DNA of 63,985 nt, counting the filler, from Craspedostauros australis (taxonomy: Eukaryota), in NCBI GenBank assembly GCA_030167865.1. It is 17 parts of 17 records of this genome, joined end to end, with 100 filler letters (N's around TTAATTAATTAA, not from the genome) between each part and the next. Parts side by side here need not be neighbours in the genome. Positions count along the whole stretch, not along the records: positions 55,871 to 60,157 come from JALAGF010001050.1; positions 60,258 to 61,336 come from JALAGF010001052.1; positions 61,437 to 62,855 come from JALAGF010001054.1; positions 62,956 to 63,985 come from JALAGF010001089.1; 13 more parts are not named here. One strand, given 5' to 3'. This document shows, piece after piece, positions 59,502 through 63,985 of this stretch. The notes beneath the pieces were generated by a model. It did no database searches, was not told the DNA's origin, and worked only from the letters and a program-made list of their open reading frames with translations. The position numbers were made by a program, and so were the translations under genes. Position 1 is the stretch's first letter; each line of letters begins with the position of its first letter.

Positions 59502-60257
59502 CACGGTGGCGTCTAACAAGTGGAGTTGAGTCGAGCGAAGTGGAGTTCTGCCCTTCGTCGTTTATGCTGGAGGTCGTCAACGTCGTTGTTGTTGTCGTTG
59601 TTGTTGTTGTGGGATGAAGAGTCCTCTCGCCTCAGGTATGTTGGAGTGTCAACCAAGTGCGATCTGCAGAGAGTTTTCGAGGCACTTTGAACAGGCTTCG
59701 CTGGTTTTGTGAAGGATTTTGGAGAATTCTGTGTTTTGTGTGTTGTTGTTTCGTCCTTCCATGTTTGTGCTGTGTCAACTGGTCTTGACCCGAACATCAC
59801 CTGTACCCAGAAGTTGTTCGTGGCGTCAACAGGTTGCGCTCGGCCAGTGAGATCGACAAGTTGAAACACGATAGGACACGAAGAGAAGTGTCACAGGGAA
59901 TCGTCGTGAAAGCCACAAAAAAGCAGTTGAAGTTCACTGGACAACAGACAACTTTCCATTTAGTGTGTCCAATGTCGTTGCTTGAAATTCACTTTTGGCG
60001 CGAAATCTTCCAACTTCGACAACAGGAAAATCCTCCTTTCTCTTTTCCTCCCTTTTCCATTCACGGATCATCACTGACTCAAATTGCACGATTGACTCGA
60101 TCCAAGCCGTCCTGGGAACAATGTGCTCCCCTGAATCCTTGTATTGCAACTTGTCTTNNNNNNNNNNNNNNNNNNNNNNNNNNNNNNNNNNNNNNNNNNN
60201 NTTAATTAATTAANNNNNNNNNNNNNNNNNNNNNNNNNNNNNNNNNNNNNNNNNNNN

Positions 60258-61336
60258 CTCAGCTTGCTCACCATGTCCGCAACGATCGTGTCACCCTTCT
60301 CGATCCACTCTTGCCTGTTGCTGATGGCGTAGTTCAGGTATTCATCACTCGACACACCGAAGACTCCACAGTTCTTCAGCTTCTTCGCCAGCGGGATGAC
60401 GTAATGGTCAAAGAACATCACCTCGCCCTTCGCCCAGAAGTCTGCTGGGTTGCTGCCTGCTCGTCCGCTTCGGTAGGCAGCGTAGAGCTCGTGGAACAAC
60501 CGCTCGTTCCACTTGCGGTACACGTGCCAATGCTGCATGGTGTGGGCAACATCCGAAGCCTGGATGAGATGCTCGATCACGATGGTCGCCTTGCGGTTGA
60601 CACCATCACGAGCTGCGCGTTTCGCACTGACCGATCGACCTTTCCTGCTGCTGTCGGCAGTAACGTTGCCAACATCGTTGTTGTTGTTGTTGTTGTTGTT
60701 GCTGCTGCTGTTGTCGGTAGTCTCGAATGCCTTGTTCCAGCGCTCGTTGCGGAGGACCTTGAGGTCCTTGTCGACGATGTCTGTGGCCATGACAGCGTTC
60801 ACCACAAGCTCTCGGAAACGGCAGAGCTCGGCCTTGGTGGAGAAGATGGTGTTGCGCAGGTTCTCGAAGCGTTCATCCATGAGGAGATCCCATGAGAGGC
60901 TGAGCGAGTTTTGTTCCGCAACGCTCCTGTTCTTGTAGATGGCCGCAAGCCTTGGATTCTCGCTGATGAGCTGCTGGTTGGGAACGCCGGTGTGATCGAC
61001 GTCGTGGATGAGTGCAGTGAAGGCGCACGCAAACTGCGTCAGCGGATCGGATGTGATTCCGTAGGTGTGATCGTGCAACGAAGATGCCTCCTTTTGCAAT
61101 CTGCCCTTGTCCGCGGCATTCTCGTCGCCTACGTGAACGGTTGCCTCCGTTGCAGTGCTGCCAAGATCGAGATCCGAAGGGGCCACGATGCGTGTCATGA
61201 GCTTGATGACGGACATGGTGACATGACTCGCATGCTCGAAGCTGTGGAACGGATTCTTGCGGTACAAGCCCGCGACTTCTGTCACGTACGCTCGGAGCTC
61301 TTCGACAACGACAGAGCTGACCTCGGCGGGGCCTTG
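60258..61336 (-). CDS. Class I cyclic-nucleotide phosphodiesterase domain (partial), of the type found C-terminal in diatom cyclase-PDE fusions
   Basis: NPFHSFEHASHV, LIHDVDHTGVPN, SVAEQNS, VMATDI, EHLIQASDVAHTMQHW, DEYLNYA..NR.EW. Confidence 0.92.
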
Positions 61337-61436
61337 NNNNNNNNNNNNNNNNNNNNNNNNNNNNNNNNNNNNNNNNNNNNTTAATTAATTAANNNNNNNN
61401 NNNNNNNNNNNNNNNNNNNNNNNNNNNNNNNNNNNN

Positions 61437-61842
61437 GCCTCTCCTGCGGACAAGAACATCTGCAGGTTTGGAACATCAGAAAGGATCAGAATATCCGCAG
61501 GTTTGGAACATCACCAAAGGAGACATCGATCATGAGACGACGGTGTCATGAGAATCAACGAAGGAAACATGAGGCAGGCAAGTGCTCAGGGCTGCAGATC
61601 CCTACCATGCAAACGTAGACAGCTACGGCAATGCAGAGACAAGGAAGCAAGAACAGAGCATGATGAATGAAGAGGGAAGCANNNNNNNNNNNNNNNNNNN
61701 NNNNNNNNNNNNNNNNNNNCAGATGCCTGTCAAGAAAACGAAATCGGAAGAGAAAGTGAGATTGTGCTCACAGTTCTAAAACGGTACAGTTTCTAACAGC
61801 AGATTAGAACTTAGTACTAACTATAACCCCGGATTTCCAACA
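61437..61842. mobile_element. LTR family A-related terminus abutting a family B LTR
   Basis: AGATTGTGCTCACAGTTCTAAAACGGTACAG...CTATAACCCCGGATTTCCAACA matches the end of the solo LTR 37792-38581. Confidence 0.8.
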
Positions 61843-61932
61843 ATACCATTCGAACGTGTATGAGAGAATAGCGGGTGAACGATGCACATATACGTGTACA
61901 TCTTGACATATACACGCATGTACATCTCGACA
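61843..61932. mobile_element. LTR family B terminus
   Basis: GTATGAGAGAATAGCGGGTGAACGATGCACATATAC...TACATCTCGACA as at 54012-54093. Confidence 0.8.
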
Positions 61933-63269
61933 TTCCCTGCCATCCGATTGAGAGCGAAGAGAGTGTCCGCCGAAGCCAAGCAACGGATCGGCTTGGCCAT
62001 CGACATCTCGAAGCAGCTCAAGACGACGCCCTGTGATATTGTGTCCAGATGTCAGCACTGATTAGACCGGCGTAGGCAGTGGTGAGATCGTGGGCTCTGG
62101 TTTGGAGGTAATTGTTATCGTTAGTTGTCGATTAGTTGGTTTTGCTGTTGGTTGGTGAGTTTGTATTGAACTCTCGAATTATGAGATGAGGATGAGATGT
62201 TGTTCTGGACTGATTGCAAGTTGCAGGGTCAGCAGCATCTCTCGTGTGAACGACCGTGATCATCATCATCATTCTGTTTGCATTCGTCGTGATGCGCCGC
62301 GTAATCGGCCGTGAGCATCATCGACATTCGGTTTGATTCTGTCGCGATCTGCCGCGTTATCGGCCATGAACATCGTCGACATTCTGTTTGTTTCGGTCGC
62401 GCTGTCCCGTGTTATTCTGGTCTTGGTCTTGCATTGCGACTGTACTCCGATATCGTATTCGGTGGAGTTGATATCTGTCATCCGATTCCACGGTTGATTC
62501 GGATGCATTTATCGCGTGTTTTGTGTCGTCTTTTTCGGATTCCCACACGATGGACATTGTTGAGAAAATGTGGCGCGCAGTTAGGATTCGTGTACTTTCG
62601 TAGACGAACCGGAGTAGGCCTTGTGGACTGCCGGCTTCAGATGAGGCCGATTAACGCAGTTCACTGGGCTTGAATGTTGTATGACTGTCAAGGCTTGTAA
62701 CGATGAATAGAGTAGTAGAGTTTGTACTAATCCGAAGTTGTTATTATGAGTTAGTAGCTGTAGGCAGGATAGAGAAACGATGGTCATGTATTGGCACGGC
62801 TCTGCACTGACCCTCATGGTTCAGTGCTGAGAAGAGGCTGTACTTTCCTCCGTGTNNNNNNNNNNNNNNNNNNNNNNNNNNNNNNNNNNNNNNNNNNNNT
62901 TAATTAATTAANNNNNNNNNNNNNNNNNNNNNNNNNNNNNNNNNNNNNNNNNNNNTACATATCCATGATCTCCATGACGCCACAGTAATAGAATCTTTGA
63001 ATTCTGTTCTGATGTGGAGTCAGCTGTTGATGTGGGGACACATGCCATCATGTCAGTGCCAGCTGTCGTTCCATGCTCCTTCACATTCCATATTCCGTTG
63101 ATGATGTAGATGGGAGGCAAAAGTATTGTCATTTTGGGTATCCCTTAATGGACCAGCCATAAAGGATCTGTCAGATCCATTGTAAAGCCTCCGTGTTAAA
63201 TTTCTACGGTTTTTTCCTACCATGCCCTACGTATGAAAACTAGTTCTGTACCTGTATCTAAACTGGATT

Positions 63270-63903
63270 TTAGACTGTAATGGTCAGTTCACTTTCGTCN
63301 GAGTTGATTGTANTCTCATCATCCTTCCCATGAAATACATTCCAGTGCAGCTTACAGACATGGATTCCACACACACTGCACATCCTTCNGACTCTGCTTG
63401 GTTCATGTGCTGGCCTGCCTTCGAGCTTTGCTTTTGCTTTGAGATAAGAACAGTATCTGCAAGTCTTCTGGCTTCCGTCCTTGCTGATGATCTCCTTGTG
63501 ATCTTCGAATCTCCCCTCCAACCTCAATCTGGGAAGATTTGGAGAGCAGGGGCTCATCCGCTTCCTTGTTCGAATGGTGTGTGGGACTCTCTCGCGGCTT
63601 GACCTTGTTGCCATCAAGTCTGCCTCATTCCCTTTGCGGACCAAAGCCTCAATCATCTCGATCATGAATGCCTTGCTCCCCAATCGATCTTGCTCTCTTG
63701 CCAGGTGATTGAATGCAATCCAAGTATTGACGCGCATGATGTCGAACAAGTGGAACATGGGGGGCATCCATACTCTCCGAGCCCTCAAGTCAGGGCGATA
63801 GTATGCGATGAGTTGATCGCATTTGTCAACTCCAAGCATCCAATGATTGTAGTCATCAATCATGTTCGGAATTTGGATGTGTGCAGAGTACTTGCTCCCC
63901 CAG
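63270..63903 (-). mobile_element. piggyBac transposase C-terminal part, interrupted by the family B LTR
   Basis: IPNMIDDYNHWMLGVDKCDQ (third catalytic Asp region), W..PMFHLFDI..VNTWI, and Cys-rich tail CRYC...CSVC..HVC..H..FH. Confidence 0.9.
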
Positions 63904-63985
63904 TGTCGAGATGTACATGTGAGTATATGTCGAGATGTACGTGTATATGTGCATCGTTCACCCGTTATTCTCTCATACGCACTTG
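63904..63985. mobile_element. LTR family B terminus (TGTCGAGATG...)
   Basis: Reverse complement of 54012-54093 with a few substitutions; starts with TG exactly where the piggyBac frame breaks. Confidence 0.8.

Noticed and set aside
58456..59529. 357-aa plus-strand ORF
   Set aside because: Antisense shadow of the LRR gene's N-terminus.
63140..63200. TTAA sites as the piggyBac terminus
   Set aside because: Neither TTAA is followed by CCY in the required orientation, and no partner TIR is available.

Overview
Eukaryotic DNA, very likely from a pennate diatom (diatom-type LRR receptor-like protein, cyclase-associated PDE domain, GPCR-like tail, CoDi-type Copia and Ambal-like LINE proteins). This is not one locus: about 17 small contigs are concatenated with an artificial N-TTAATTAATTAA-N linker, so adjacency across linkers means nothing. 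Transposable elements are abundant: two Copia lineages, two Ambal-like non-LTR fragments, PIF/Harbinger (2 copies), piggyBac, two or three LTR families, a CCC..GGG MITE with a CTAT target duplication, and two unclassified terminal-repeat families. Host genes include a GT47 exostosin, ARL6IP4/SR-25, ankyrin proteins, a COG3899-like STAND ATPase fragment, an RNI-like protein, an LRR protein and a PDE fragment. The best candidate for an undescribed system is a family of ankyrin genes built from near-identical 102-nt (34-aa) units. Their variation is concentrated at the ankyrin binding-surface positions, the units are duplicated in blocks, and one copy is followed by a coiled coil and a frameshifted BTB-like domain. 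This looks like a natural DARPin-like variable binder, possibly a Cullin-3 adaptor (inference). A further ankyrin ORF is split cleanly by a 790-bp solo LTR with a 6-bp TSD. All homology calls come from motif recognition by eye; no searches were run.
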